Shown: positions 18,276 through 28,188, counted from the stretch's first letter. The stretch: 61,863 bases of DNA from Alphaproteobacteria bacterium (GCA_009693995.1 SHWA01000003.1:1-61863); one strand, 5' to 3'. Translations and numbers: made by a program. Notes: a model not told the origin generated them from the letters alone.

Positions 18276-18590
18276 ATGAAACCCGTACCTGAAAAGACCC
18301 AGACCGAGCTCGAGGCCGCGGCCTTCCGCACCCTGGTCGATCACCTGCGCAAGCGAGTCGACGTGCAGAACATCGATTTGATGAACCTGGCCGGGTTCTG
18401 CCGCAACTGCCTCTCGAAATGGTACCGCGCCGCGGCCGAGGAGCGCGGGCTCGCCCTCACCTACGAGGACGCCCGCGAAATCGTCTATGGCGAGCCCTAT
18501 GAGACCTGGAAGGCGAAGCACCAGAGTGAAGCCTCGGGCGCGCAGAAACAGGCGTTCGCCGCGGCGGCCAAGTCTTCTGGCCATTCGTGA
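18276..18590 (+). CDS. DUF1244-family small protein
   Basis: 104 aa. AAFRTLVDHLRKRVDVQNIDLMNLAGFCRNCLSKWY matches my memory of DUF1244. GAGGAG lies upstream. Confidence 0.7.
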   Translation: MKPVPEKTQTELEAAAFRTLVDHLRKRVDVQNIDLMNLAGFCRNCLSKWYRAAAEERGLALTYEDAREIVYGEPYETWKAKHQSEASGAQKQAFAAAAKSSGHS

Positions 18591-19933
18591 GCCCGCGCCC
18601 CGACGCGGCGCTCGGCGGCATCCATAGGGTCGCTGTCCTCGGCGCCGGCACCATGGGGATCGGCATCGCGGCGGCGGCGGCGGACGCCGGGGCCGAGGTG
18701 CTGCTCTTGGACATGACATCCGACGGCCCCGACCGGAGCGCGGTTGCGCGCGCCGGGTTCGAGCGCATGCAGGCGATCCGACCGGCGGCCTTCGACGATC
18801 CAGGAAGTGCGGCGCGCATCCAGGTCGGCAACTTCGCCGACGATCTGCCGCGCATCAGTGACTGCGACTGGATCGTCGAGGCGATCATCGAGGAGATCGG
18901 CGCCAAGCGCGATCTCTGGCGCCAGGTGGAGCGGGTCAGGGCCGAGGGCGCCGTGCTCAGCTCCAACACCTCGGGCATTCCCTTGCGCGAGATCATCCGC
19001 GACATGCCGGCGCGCCTGCGCCAGGACCTGGTCATCACCCACTTCTTCAATCCGGTGAAACTGATGAAGCTGGTCGAGGTGGTGGGGTGCGCGGACACGC
19101 GCCCCGACGCCGTCATCGCGCTCAGCCGGTTTCTCGCCGAAGGGCTGAAAAAGGGCGTGGTGCGCGCCAAGGACACGGTCAACTTCATCGCCAACCGCAT
19201 CGGCTGCCTGTGGATGTTCAACGGGCTGAACGCGGCGGAGGGTGCAATTCTTGGCGGCATGACGCCGGAGGCGGTGGATGCCCTGCTGGCCAAGCCCTGC
19301 GGCCTGCCGCCGACCGCGCTCCTCGGCCTGATGGACCTGGTGGGGATGGACGTGCTGGCCCTGGTGGGGCGCAATCTGGAGCAGAACCTGCCCCCCGGCG
19401 ACTGGGGCCGGCCCTTCACGCGCCTGCCGCCTCTCATGCAGGCCATGGTCGATCGCGGCCAGGTCGGGCGCAAGGCGGGCGGCGGCTTCTACCGCCAGTC
19501 CAAGGCGGCGGATGGCAGCCGGGTGAGGGAGACCTTCGACCTGGCACAAGGCACCTGGCGCCCCGAGCGGCCGGCTGTCCTCGGCCCCCCGCACACGGTC
19601 TTCACCGATCTTCTGTTCGCGGCCACGCCCGAGGGGCGCTTCGCGTGGACGGTGATGGCGCCGATGCTGCGCTACGCCGCCGATCTGGTGCCCGAGATCA
19701 GTGACGATCTGGTCGGCATCGACCGCGCCATGCGCTGGGGCTTCGCCTGGCAGATGGGACCGTTCGAGATGCTGGACGCCCTCGGGCCTGAGCGGGTAGC
19801 ACAGCGGTTCGCGGCGGAGGGGACGCCGGTACCGGTGATGCTGGGCGTCCTGCGCGAGGCCCGCGCGACCACCTTCTACCGCGCGGGAAGGGAGTATCTG
19901 GGCCGCGACGGGCGCTTCCACCCCATCCCGTGA
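18587..19933 (+). CDS. 3-hydroxyacyl-CoA dehydrogenase family protein
   Basis: VAVLGAGTMGIGIA Rossmann motif. IVEAIIEEIGAKRDLW and SNTSGI motifs. GTG start overlaps the upstream stop. Confidence 0.85.
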   Translation: MSPRPDAALGGIHRVAVLGAGTMGIGIAAAAADAGAEVLLLDMTSDGPDRSAVARAGFERMQAIRPAAFDDPGSAARIQVGNFADDLPRISDCDWIVEAIIEEIGAKRDLWRQVERVRAEGAVLSSNTSGIPLREIIRDMPARLRQDLVITHFFNPVKLMKLVEVVGCADTRPDAVIALSRFLAEGLKKGVVRAKDTVNFIANRIGCLWMFNGLNAAEGAILGGMTPEAVDALLAKPCGLPPTALLGLMDLVGMDVLALVGRNLEQNLPPGDWGRPFTRLPPLMQAMVDRGQVGRKAGGGFYRQSKAADGSRVRETFDLAQGTWRPERPAVLGPPHTVFTDLLFAATPEGRFAWTVMAPMLRYAADLVPEISDDLVGIDRAMRWGFAWQMGPFEMLDALGPERVAQRFAAEGTPVPVMLGVLREARATTFYRAGREYLGRDGRFHPIP

Positions 19934-20922
19934 ATACCAGCCCGGTCCGCGTTGCCGCGGCCGCGAGGACCGCGGCGGCGATGCTGGTGCGCTCGGACGC
20001 GCGCGGCTTCGCCACCCACGGCCTCACCCGCCTGCAGAGCTATGTCGAGAAGCTCGGTACCGGCGAGATGACCGCGGCCGCCCGGCCCGAAGAGGAATGG
20101 CAAGGCACCTTCGGCCGCATCCGGGCGCACGGCGCGCTCGGGCAGATCGCCGGCCCCTTCGCCATCGACCGGGCGGTGGCGGCGACGGCGGATGAGCCCT
20201 TCGCGATTCTCCGCATCGAGGACACCGGGCACCTCGGCGCCCTCGGCCTGCATGTGCTGCGCGCGGCGGAGGCGGGGCGGGTCGCGCTCCTGTTGCAGCC
20301 GACGCCGCCGGTGGTGGCGCTGCCTGGCGCCAAGGGGCCGATGCTCGGCAACAGCCCGCTCGCCATGGCCGCGCCGCGCCCGAACGGTCCGCCGGTGGTG
20401 GTCGATATCGCCTGCTCGGTCGCCGCGCGCGGCAACATCCTGCTGGCCGCCAGGGCGGGGCGGCCGATACCTGCGGGCTGGGCGGTGGCCGAGGCGGGCG
20501 CACCCACCACGGATGCCGAGGCGGCGCTCCGGGGTGCGCTCCTCCCCTTCGGCGGGACCAAGGGGATGATGCTGTCGGTGATCGTCGAGGTGCTGGCGGG
20601 CAGCCTCTCGGGCCGCGCGTTCGAAAGCGCACTCAACCGGCCGGGCGAGGTGCGCCACGGCGTCGGTCACCTCTCCGCCCTGTTGCTGGTGGCCAACCCG
20701 ACCCTGCTCGCTGGCGCGGCCTACGGGGAGCACATGCGTCAGTGGACCGAGCACTACAAAGCGGCCGGCGGCAGGCTTGCGCGGATTCCGGGCGAGCGGG
20801 CAGCCGCCGCCGAGGCCGCGGCGGAGGCGCTCGGTGCGCCGCTGGATGGAAGCGTGATCGCAGAACTGGTTGCGCTGGGTGTCCGCCTCGGGCTCTCATT
20901 CCCGCAATTGATTGGCGGCTGA
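19930..20922 (+). CDS. Ldh2-family (malate/L-lactate/sulfolactate dehydrogenase type 2) oxidoreductase
   Basis: 330 aa. GFATHGLTRLQSYVEKL, GNSPLAMAAP and LLPFGGTKGMMLSVIVEVLAG are typical of the family. GTG start overlaps the previous stop. Confidence 0.8.
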   Translation: MNTSPVRVAAAARTAAAMLVRSDARGFATHGLTRLQSYVEKLGTGEMTAAARPEEEWQGTFGRIRAHGALGQIAGPFAIDRAVAATADEPFAILRIEDTGHLGALGLHVLRAAEAGRVALLLQPTPPVVALPGAKGPMLGNSPLAMAAPRPNGPPVVVDIACSVAARGNILLAARAGRPIPAGWAVAEAGAPTTDAEAALRGALLPFGGTKGMMLSVIVEVLAGSLSGRAFESALNRPGEVRHGVGHLSALLLVANPTLLAGAAYGEHMRQWTEHYKAAGGRLARIPGERAAAAEAAAEALGAPLDGSVIAELVALGVRLGLSFPQLIGG

Positions 20923-20962
20923 GCGCCGCCACCCTTGACGCAAGGCCGGGGCGCCGCGTCAG

Positions 20963-21141
20963 CTAGTGGATTGACTCAAACATTTGATGCCCGGGCGCCC
21001 TCACCCCCACCCCCTCCCTCCCCAGTCGAGGGGGAGGGGGAAGGGGTCGGCGCCGTTCAATTTCTCCCCTCCCCCCTTGCGGGGGAGGGTCAGGGTGGGG
21101 GGTACCAACGAACGAATCAACTGATTGGGTCGATCCACTAG
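20963..21141. repeat. MITE/RIME-like intergenic element with terminal inverted repeats (copy 1, long form)
   Basis: Left end CTAGTGGATTGACTCAAACATTTGAT. The reverse complement of the right end is CTAGTGGATCGACCCAATCAGTTGAT (22 of 26 identical). The interior has C-rich/G-rich hairpins. A shorter copy is at 42274. Confidence 0.6.
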
Positions 21142-21145
21142 CGCC

Positions 21146-21826
21146 ATGCTGAGCGTGGTGATCCCGACCCTGAACGCCCTGCGGTCGCTGCCCGCCACGG
21201 TGGCGGCGCTGGCGCCGGGCCGGGACCTCATCGCTGAGATCCTGGTGGTGGACGGGGGCTCGACCGACGGCACGCGGGCGGTGGCCGAGGGCTTGGGCGC
21301 GCGCGTCCTCGCGGCGGCGCGTGGCCGCGGCACCCAGCTTGCCGCCGGCGCAGGCGTGGCCACGGGCGACTGGCTGCTCTTCCTGCATGCCGACACCGCG
21401 CTCGGCCCCGGCTGGGCGGCCGAGGCCACGGCCTTCATGGCGAGCGATCCCGCGGGCAGCCGCGCCGCCGCCTTTCGCTTCGCCCTCGACGACGCGGCGC
21501 CGGCGGCGCGCCGGCTGGAGCGGCTGGTGGCGCTGCGCTGCCGCTGGTTCGGCCTCGCCTATGGCGACCAGGGGCTCTTGATCGGCCGGCGGCTCTACCA
21601 GGCGCTCGACGGATTCCACACCATGCCGCTGATGGAGGACATGGATCTGATCCGCCGCCTCGGCCGCCGCCGGCTGGTGCTGCTCACGACCCCGGCGGTG
21701 ACCTCGGCCGAGCGCTATCGGGGGTGCGGCTATCTGCCCCGTAGCCTGCGCAATCTCGGCTGCCTCGCGCTCTATTTCCTGGGAGTTCCGCCCGCCCGCC
21801 TGGTTCGCCTCTACGGCGGCGCATGA
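21146..21826 (+). CDS. family-2 glycosyltransferase, TIGR04283-like
   Basis: MLSVVIPTLN...ILVVDGGSTDGT...WLLFLHADT...GDQGL are typical GT-A motifs. It pairs with the following DUF2064 gene. Confidence 0.8.
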   Translation: MLSVVIPTLNALRSLPATVAALAPGRDLIAEILVVDGGSTDGTRAVAEGLGARVLAAARGRGTQLAAGAGVATGDWLLFLHADTALGPGWAAEATAFMASDPAGSRAAAFRFALDDAAPAARRLERLVALRCRWFGLAYGDQGLLIGRRLYQALDGFHTMPLMEDMDLIRRLGRRRLVLLTTPAVTSAERYRGCGYLPRSLRNLGCLALYFLGVPPARLVRLYGGA

Positions 21827-22482
21827 GGCGGCGGGGCACCTTGATCGTGTTCGCCAAGGCGCCACGCTACGGTGCCGCCAAGACTCGCCTTGCCCGCGGC
21901 ATCGGCACGCTTGGCGCCTGGCGCTTCTACCGCGTGGGTCTAGCCGCGCTGCTGCGGCGGCTCGGGCGCGATCGGCGCTGGCGGCGGGTGCTCGCCGTCA
22001 CCCCCGATCGGCTGGCGCAGCCGGCGCGCTTCTGGCCGCGCCGGTGGCGCCGCGTCGGCCAAGGGCCGGGCGACTTGGGGCGGCGGATGGCGCGGGCGAT
22101 GGACGGGGTGGCGGCGGGGCCGGTGGTCCTGATCGGCGCGGATATCCCCGCGATCGGCACCGCCCACATCGCCCGCGCCTTTGCCGCGCTGCAAGCGGCC
22201 GACCTCGTGTTCGGGCCGGCGGAGGATGGCGGCTACTGGCTGGTGGGGGCGCGGGGGCGCGCACGCCGTCGCCGCAGCCTGGAGCGGCTGTTCGCCGCCG
22301 TGCGCTGGTCGACCTGGGCGGCCCTCGCCGACACCCTGGCGAACCAGCCGCCCACCTGGCGCCATGCGCTCGTCGACCGGCTCGCCGATGTCGATGACGC
22401 CGCCGCCCTTGCCCGCGCTCGCCGGGGCGCGAAGGGCCGTGCTAGAACCGGGCGTACTCGGCACCGGACGAAACGAAAATGA
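21823..22482 (+). CDS. DUF2064 / TIGR04282-like nucleotidyl- or glycosyl-transferase
   Basis: LIVFAKAPRYGAAKTRL...LIGADIPAI...VFGPAEDGGYWLVG. ATGA overlaps are present at both ends. Confidence 0.75.
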   Translation: MRRRGTLIVFAKAPRYGAAKTRLARGIGTLGAWRFYRVGLAALLRRLGRDRRWRRVLAVTPDRLAQPARFWPRRWRRVGQGPGDLGRRMARAMDGVAAGPVVLIGADIPAIGTAHIARAFAALQAADLVFGPAEDGGYWLVGARGRARRRRSLERLFAAVRWSTWAALADTLANQPPTWRHALVDRLADVDDAAALARARRGAKGRARTGRTRHRTKRK

Positions 22483-23711
22483 CGGCCGCGATCGCGGCAC
22501 CCGCCGCCACCCTGGAGACACCCTATGGCTGGGTGGTCGCGGTCGCCTCGATGCTGCTGTTCGCCCTCGGCTTCGGCGCCATCATCCTGCTGGTGGTCGC
22601 GCTCAAGCCGATGGTGGCCGAGTTCGCCTGGCCGCGGCAGTTCCCCTCTCTCGCGTACGCCTTCGCCACCCTGATCTCCGGCTTCGGCGGCATGCTGGTT
22701 GGGCGGCTCGCGGATCGCATCGGCATGTACGCACCCGTCACCGTCGGCGCGGTCATGGTCGGCGGCGGGCTGATGCTGGTGAGCCAGGTGCAGACGGTCT
22801 GGCAGCTGATCCTGATCTATGGCTTCGCTATCGGCCTCTGCGGCCTGGCGACCGTGACCTCGCCGCTGTTGGCCAACATCACCCGCTGGTTCGATCGCAA
22901 CCGCGGCTTCGCGGTCGCCATCGTCGCCTGCGGCCAGACCACGGCCGGCACCGTGCTGCCGCCGCTTTTTCGCCACCTGGTCGAGACCATCGGCTGGCGC
23001 GAGACTTACTTCTGGTACGGGGTGTTCGCGCTGCCCGCGATGCTGGCGCTCTCGCTGCTGTTGCGCCGCCCCGCGCCGGAGGCAAGGACGAGTGCCGGCG
23101 GGGCGGCGCCGCCCGCCGCCGATCTGGGCTTGAGCCCGGGGCTGGTGCAGGCGCTGCTTGCCGTCGCCGCCGTCGGCTGCTGCGTGCCGATGGCGATCCC
23201 GCTGGTGCATCTGGTGGCGCACATCACCGATCTTGGCCACTCCTCGGCGCGCGCCGCCGAGGTGCTCTCCGTGATCCTCGCCGTCGCCTTCTTCAGCCGC
23301 CTCGGCGTCGGTTTGCTGGCGGACCGCATCGGCGGCCTGAGGGCGCTGGCCGTCGCCTCGGCGGTGCTGGCGGCCACGGTTGCGCTGTTCGCATTCGCGC
23401 AATCCCTGGCCGCCTTCTATGCCATCGCCCTGGTCTACGGCCTCGGCTTCGGCGGCGTGATCACCTGCTATCCGCTGATCGTGCGCCAGCTGTTCCCGGC
23501 CGACCAGGCGGGCTGGCGCATCGGCATCACCTATTTCACCACCACCCTCGGCATGGCGATCGGCGGCTGGCTTGGGGGCCTCGTGTTCGACCTCGCCGGC
23601 AGCTACCGCGCCGCCTTCCTGATGGGGTTCGGCTTCAACCTGGTGAACCTGGTGATCGCCGTCGGGCTCGGCCTGCGGCACGGACGGGTGCTCCGCGCCG
23701 CCGTCACCTGA
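22479..23711 (+). CDS. MFS transporter (paralogue 1)
   Basis: 410 aa with about 12 hydrophobic segments. GRLADRIG and LLADRIGG are MFS loop motifs. Confidence 0.85.
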   Translation: MTAAIAAPAATLETPYGWVVAVASMLLFALGFGAIILLVVALKPMVAEFAWPRQFPSLAYAFATLISGFGGMLVGRLADRIGMYAPVTVGAVMVGGGLMLVSQVQTVWQLILIYGFAIGLCGLATVTSPLLANITRWFDRNRGFAVAIVACGQTTAGTVLPPLFRHLVETIGWRETYFWYGVFALPAMLALSLLLRRPAPEARTSAGGAAPPAADLGLSPGLVQALLAVAAVGCCVPMAIPLVHLVAHITDLGHSSARAAEVLSVILAVAFFSRLGVGLLADRIGGLRALAVASAVLAATVALFAFAQSLAAFYAIALVYGLGFGGVITCYPLIVRQLFPADQAGWRIGITYFTTTLGMAIGGWLGGLVFDLAGSYRAAFLMGFGFNLVNLVIAVGLGLRHGRVLRAAVT

Positions 23712-24962
23712 ATGACGCGGACCGACGTCGCCGAATCGATCGAGACCCCGATGGGCTGGGCGGTGGCGACCGCCGCCCTGCTCTTGAGCACTATCGCCAT
23801 GGCGGGCGGCATGATGCTGCTCTTCCTGGCGATGAAGGCGATCGCCGCCGAGTTTGGCTGGCCGCGACAGTATCCCGCGCTCGCCCTCGGGTTGGCCATG
23901 CTCTCGGGCGGTGTCGGCGGTGTCGTGCTCAGCCGCTACACCGATCGGCATGGCGTCGATGTCCCGCTGATCGCGGTGACGCTCTCGACGGGAATCGGGC
24001 TTCTGGCCATGGCCTGGATCGACGCCGCGTGGCAGATGTTTCTCCTGCACGCCGTGCTGCTCGGGATCTTCGGTCCCTCGGCGGGGTTCGTATTCTTGGT
24101 CACCGTCGTTTCGCGTTGGTTCGACCGCAACCGTGGTTCGGCCGTCGGCATGGTCATCAGCGGCCAGAGCATCGCCGGCGTGGTCGGGCCGCTGGCGGCC
24201 GGATACGCCCTCGACGCCTTCGGTTGGCGGCTGACCTACTGGCTTGCTGGTCTCATCGTGTTGTTCGGCTCTCTCGCGTGTGCGGCGGTCGTGCGCCGGC
24301 CGCCGCCGCCCCTGAAGGTGCCGGTCGCGACCGGCGATGGGCGCGCGCCGGCGACCTTGAAGCCGACCGTCCTCAGGCTGCCGGTGCTCTATGCGCTGCT
24401 CGGTGCCGCGATCATCAGCTGCTGCGTGCCAATGGCGGTCGGCATGGGCCATCTGGTCAGCCACGCCACCGATCTCGGCTACCCGGCGGTGCAGGCAGCC
24501 GAGCTGTTTGCGGCGGTGATGGGGATCAGCGCGATCAGCCGCCTGGGCGCCGGTTGGCTGGCGGACCGCATCGGCGGCATCCCGGCGCTGTTCCTGACCT
24601 CGGGCGCCCAGGCGGTGGGCTGTCTGTTCTTCGCCCTGGTCGAGGGGTTGGCCGGGCTCTACCTCGCGGCGTTGATCTACGGGCTCGGCACCGGCGGGGT
24701 GATCGTCTGCTATGCGGTGATCATCCGCGAATTCTTCCCGGCACGGAACCCGGGCGGGCGGATCGGCACCCTCTACTCCATCAGCACCCTCGGCATGGCC
24801 TTCGGCGGCTGGGTTGCCGGGCCGATCTTCGATCACGCGGGCAGCTACGCGCCGGCGTTCTGGCTGGCGTTCGGCTTCAACATTCTCAATCTGGTGCTGA
24901 TCGGCGTGGTCCAGGCCTGCCACTGGCGCGGTCGCGCAGTCCAGGCGCCGGCTGTGGCCTGA
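23712..24962 (+). CDS. MFS transporter (paralogue 2)
   Basis: 416 aa, collinear with the preceding protein (ETPxGW, AEFxWPRQxP, RWFDRNRG, WLADRIGG). It starts at the nucleotide after the previous stop. Confidence 0.85.
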   Translation: MTRTDVAESIETPMGWAVATAALLLSTIAMAGGMMLLFLAMKAIAAEFGWPRQYPALALGLAMLSGGVGGVVLSRYTDRHGVDVPLIAVTLSTGIGLLAMAWIDAAWQMFLLHAVLLGIFGPSAGFVFLVTVVSRWFDRNRGSAVGMVISGQSIAGVVGPLAAGYALDAFGWRLTYWLAGLIVLFGSLACAAVVRRPPPPLKVPVATGDGRAPATLKPTVLRLPVLYALLGAAIISCCVPMAVGMGHLVSHATDLGYPAVQAAELFAAVMGISAISRLGAGWLADRIGGIPALFLTSGAQAVGCLFFALVEGLAGLYLAALIYGLGTGGVIVCYAVIIREFFPARNPGGRIGTLYSISTLGMAFGGWVAGPIFDHAGSYAPAFWLAFGFNILNLVLIGVVQACHWRGRAVQAPAVA

Positions 24963-24966
24963 GGCC

Positions 24967-25497
24967 TCAGCGCTCCTGCAGGCGCGGCATCAGCTCGACG
25001 AAGTTGCAGGGCTTCTGGCGGATGTCGAGTTGGTGCACCAGGATCTTGTCCCAGGCGTCGCGGCAGGCCCCGGGTGAGCCCGGCAGCGCGAACAGATAGG
25101 TGCCGCCGGCGACCCCGGCGGTCGCGCGCGACTGGATGGTCGAGGTCTTGATCTTCTGGTAGGAGAGCATGCGGAACAGCTCGCCAAACCCCTCGATCTC
25201 CTTCTCGTAGACCGACTTGAAGGCCTCGGGCGTCACGTCGCGCCCGGTCACGCCGGTGCCGCCGGTGGCGATCACCACGTCCACGCCGGGATCGGCGATC
25301 CAGGCGCGCAGGCGCTCGACGATGGCGGGAATGTCGTCGCGGACGATGGCGCGGTCGATCAGCGTGTGGCCGGCCTGGGTCAGGCGATCGACCAGGGTCT
25401 GGCCCGAGCGGTCGGTGGCAGGATCGCGCGTGTCGGAGACGGTGAGCACCGCGATCTGCACCGGCTTGAAGAGGATCGTGGGGTCGCTGCCAGCCAT
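24967..25497 (-). CDS. moaB: molybdenum cofactor biosynthesis protein B
   Basis: AVLTVSDTR...[19 protein letters not shown]...LPGSPGAC are MoaB/MogA-fold motifs. Confidence 0.85.
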   Translation of the reverse strand: MAGSDPTILFKPVQIAVLTVSDTRDPATDRSGQTLVDRLTQAGHTLIDRAIVRDDIPAIVERLRAWIADPGVDVVIATGGTGVTGRDVTPEAFKSVYEKEIEGFGELFRMLSYQKIKTSTIQSRATAGVAGGTYLFALPGSPGACRDAWDKILVHQLDIRQKPCNFVELMPRLQER

Positions 25498-25559
25498 GGT
25501 CGGTTCCTGTCTTCGTTGCCCCTACGTTGCAGTAGACGTGAGTGTGGCCGCACCCCGCG

Positions 25560-26342
25560 TCAAGGCGCCTCCAGGCGCGCGCGGATCGCCAGCAGGTCGC
25601 GCCAGGCCTCGCGCTTGTGCTGGGGCGAGCGCAGCAGATAGGCGGGGTGGAACAGCGCGGTCGCCGGGTAGGTATGGCCCTCGACCACCAGCCCCTGCCA
25701 CTGTCCGCGCAGGCGGGTGATGCCCTGGGTGGTGCGGAACAGCGCCTTGGCGGCGATGCCGCCGACCGCGACTACGACCTGGGGATTGACCAGGGCGATG
25801 TGGCGCAGCACGAAGGGCTGGCAGGCCAGTACCTCGTCGTCGCTCGGACTGCGGTTCTCGGGCGGGCGCCAGAAGATCACGTTGGTGATGTAGGCGCTGC
25901 CCCGGTCGCGGCCGATCGCCGCCAGCATGCGGTCGAGCAATTGGCCGCTGCGGCCGACGAAGGGCAGACCCTCGAGGTCTTCCTCGCGTCCCGGCGCCTC
26001 GCCGATCAGCATCAGGGGCGCCGCCGGGTTGCCGTCGGCGAAGACGGTCGTAGTCGCCGCCGCCTTGAAGGCGCAACCCTCGAACCGCTCGACCGCGGCG
26101 CGCAGCTCGTCCAGCGTGCGGCAGGCGGCCGCCATTTCGGCGGCGGTCGTGCCGCCGGGGGCGACGGCGCGGTCCGTCGGCACGGGCATCGCCGGCGCGG
26201 GCATCGCCGGCGCGGGCACCGTCGGCAGCGTCGCCGGCTGGCGCCGGCCCACGGGGCCGTCGATCGCCTCGTCCACGCCCGCCATCAGGTACCACGCCAG
26301 GTACCAGCGCAGCGTCGCCGGATCGTTCAGATCGAGAGCCAT
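25560..26342 (-). CDS. uracil-DNA glycosylase, family 4
   Basis: LMLIGEAPGREEDLEGLPFVGRSGQLLDRML and HPAYLLR motifs. Confidence 0.85.
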   Translation of the reverse strand: MALDLNDPATLRWYLAWYLMAGVDEAIDGPVGRRQPATLPTVPAPAMPAPAMPVPTDRAVAPGGTTAAEMAAACRTLDELRAAVERFEGCAFKAAATTTVFADGNPAAPLMLIGEAPGREEDLEGLPFVGRSGQLLDRMLAAIGRDRGSAYITNVIFWRPPENRSPSDDEVLACQPFVLRHIALVNPQVVVAVGGIAAKALFRTTQGITRLRGQWQGLVVEGHTYPATALFHPAYLLRSPQHKREAWRDLLAIRARLEAP

Positions 26343-26441
26343 GGCCAGACGCTAACACGTCGCGGCCCCAATTCGCCCCGCCATTGACGCTCGCGGCGGG
26401 GGCGGGCTATCACGGCTCGGGCGGCGGCGCGGGGGCGGGCG

Positions 26442-28076
26442 ATGGACCGGGAATCGATGCAGTTCGACGTGGTGATCGTCGGCGCCGGCCCTGCCGGCCT
26501 CGCCGCCGCGATCCGCCTCAAGCAGTGCGCGCTTTCCGCCGGCACCGAGCTTTCCGTCTGCGTCCTGGAGAAGGGCTCCGAGGTCGGCGCCCACATCCTC
26601 TCGGGCGCGGTGTTCGATCCCAAGGCGCTGGATGAGCTGATCCCCGACTGGCGCGAGCAGGGTGCGCCGCTGGTGACGCCGGCGGCGGAAGACCGGTTCC
26701 TGTTCCTGACGGAGCGGCACGCGTTCCGCCTGCCCACCCCGCCGCAGATGCGCAATCACGGCAACTACGTCATCAGCCTCGGCAATCTGTGCCGCTGGCT
26801 GGGGGCAGCGGCCGAGGCGCTCGGCGTCGAGGTCTATCCCGGCTTTGCCGCGGCGCGCGTGCTCTACGACGCGAGCGGGGCGGTCGCCGGCGTCGCCACC
26901 GGCGACATGGGGATCGGGCGGGACGGCGAGCGCAAGTCCACCTACCAGCCGGGGATGGATCTTCTGGCGCGGCAGACCCTGTTCGCCGAGGGTTGCCGCG
27001 GCTCGCTCACCAAGACCCTGTTCGAGCGGTTCGACTTGCGCGCCGACGCCAGCCCCCAGACCTATGGCATCGGCATCAAGGAATTGTGGGAAGTGGAACC
27101 GGCCCAGCACCACCCGGGGCGGATCATCCATACCGTGGGCTGGCCGATGGACCGGCGCACCTATGGCGGCTCGTTCCTCTACCATCTGGAGAACCACCAG
27201 GTGGCGGTCGGCTTCGTGATCGGCCTCGACTACGACAATCCGCACCTGTCCCCGTTCGACGAGATGCAGCGCTTCAAGACCCACCCCGAGATCAGCCCGA
27301 TCTTCGCCGGCGGCCGGCGCATCGCCTATGGCGCGCGCGCCCTCAATGAGGGCGGGTTGCAGGCGATCCCGAAGCTGACCTTCCCGGGCGGCGCCCTGAT
27401 CGGCTGCGGCGCCGGATTCCTGAGCGTGCCGCGTATCAAGGGCAGCCACAACGCCATGAAGACCGGCATGCTGGCGGCGGAGGCGGCGTTCACTCTCCTG
27501 ACCGGCGGCGGCGAGGGGCGCGAGATCGTCGACTATCCCGACCGGTTCCGCGCCTCCTGGGTCCATGACGAGCTCTACCGCGCCCGCAATATCCGGCCGG
27601 CCTTCCGGGGCGGCCTGCTCGCCGGCCTGGCCTATTCGGCGTTCGACACCTATGTGCTGGGTGGTCTCGCCCCCTGGACCTTCGCCCACCACCCCGACCA
27701 CACCACGCTCCGGCGCGCCGACAGTGCGCGGCCGATTGCCTACCCGAAGCCCGATGGCAAGATCACCTTCGACAAGCTGTCGTCGGTGTTTCTGTCCGCC
27801 ACCAACCACGAGGAGGACCAGCCGGTGCACCTGCGCCTGCGCCGGCCCGAGGTGGCGATCGAGACCAATCTCGCCCTCTATGACGCGCCCGAACAACGCT
27901 ATTGCCCGGCCGGGGTCTATGAAATCGTGCGCGATGCCGCCGGCGCCAATCCACGCTTGCAGATCAACGCCCAGAACTGCGTGCACTGTAAGACCTGCGA
28001 CATCAAGGATCCGACCCAGAACATCGACTGGGCGGTGCCCGAGGGGGGCGGCGGGCCGAACTACCCCAACATGTGA
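26442..28076 (+). CDS. electron-transfer flavoprotein:ubiquinone oxidoreductase
   Basis: FDVVIVGAGPAGLAAA, and a C-terminal 4Fe-4S region CPAGVYE...NCVHCKTCDIKDP...WAVPEGGGGPNYPNM. Confidence 0.9.
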   Translation: MDRESMQFDVVIVGAGPAGLAAAIRLKQCALSAGTELSVCVLEKGSEVGAHILSGAVFDPKALDELIPDWREQGAPLVTPAAEDRFLFLTERHAFRLPTPPQMRNHGNYVISLGNLCRWLGAAAEALGVEVYPGFAAARVLYDASGAVAGVATGDMGIGRDGERKSTYQPGMDLLARQTLFAEGCRGSLTKTLFERFDLRADASPQTYGIGIKELWEVEPAQHHPGRIIHTVGWPMDRRTYGGSFLYHLENHQVAVGFVIGLDYDNPHLSPFDEMQRFKTHPEISPIFAGGRRIAYGARALNEGGLQAIPKLTFPGGALIGCGAGFLSVPRIKGSHNAMKTGMLAAEAAFTLLTGGGEGREIVDYPDRFRASWVHDELYRARNIRPAFRGGLLAGLAYSAFDTYVLGGLAPWTFAHHPDHTTLRRADSARPIAYPKPDGKITFDKLSSVFLSATNHEEDQPVHLRLRRPEVAIETNLALYDAPEQRYCPAGVYEIVRDAAGANPRLQINAQNCVHCKTCDIKDPTQNIDWAVPEGGGGPNYPNM

Positions 28077-28188
28077 CGCCGGTCGCATTCCTCTTTTAAC
28101 CGACCTTCGCTATATTTGACCTTGGACGCGCGCGGACTCGGCGGAGTCCGGGGCGAATGCGTGGAGCTCGAGCTCGAGTAACATCTGG

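Noticed and set aside
20935-21141. A 68-aa ORF (…SPPPPPSPVEGEGEGVGAVQFLPSPLAGEGQGGGYQ…) and similar short ORFs inside the MITE-like repeats and REP elements, for example MLRQAQHEGLIQSLSKDE at 37877.
   Set aside because: They are translations of repeat hairpins (C-tracts and G-tracts) and recur wherever the repeat recurs. They have no start-site context, so I treat them as non-coding repeat DNA.
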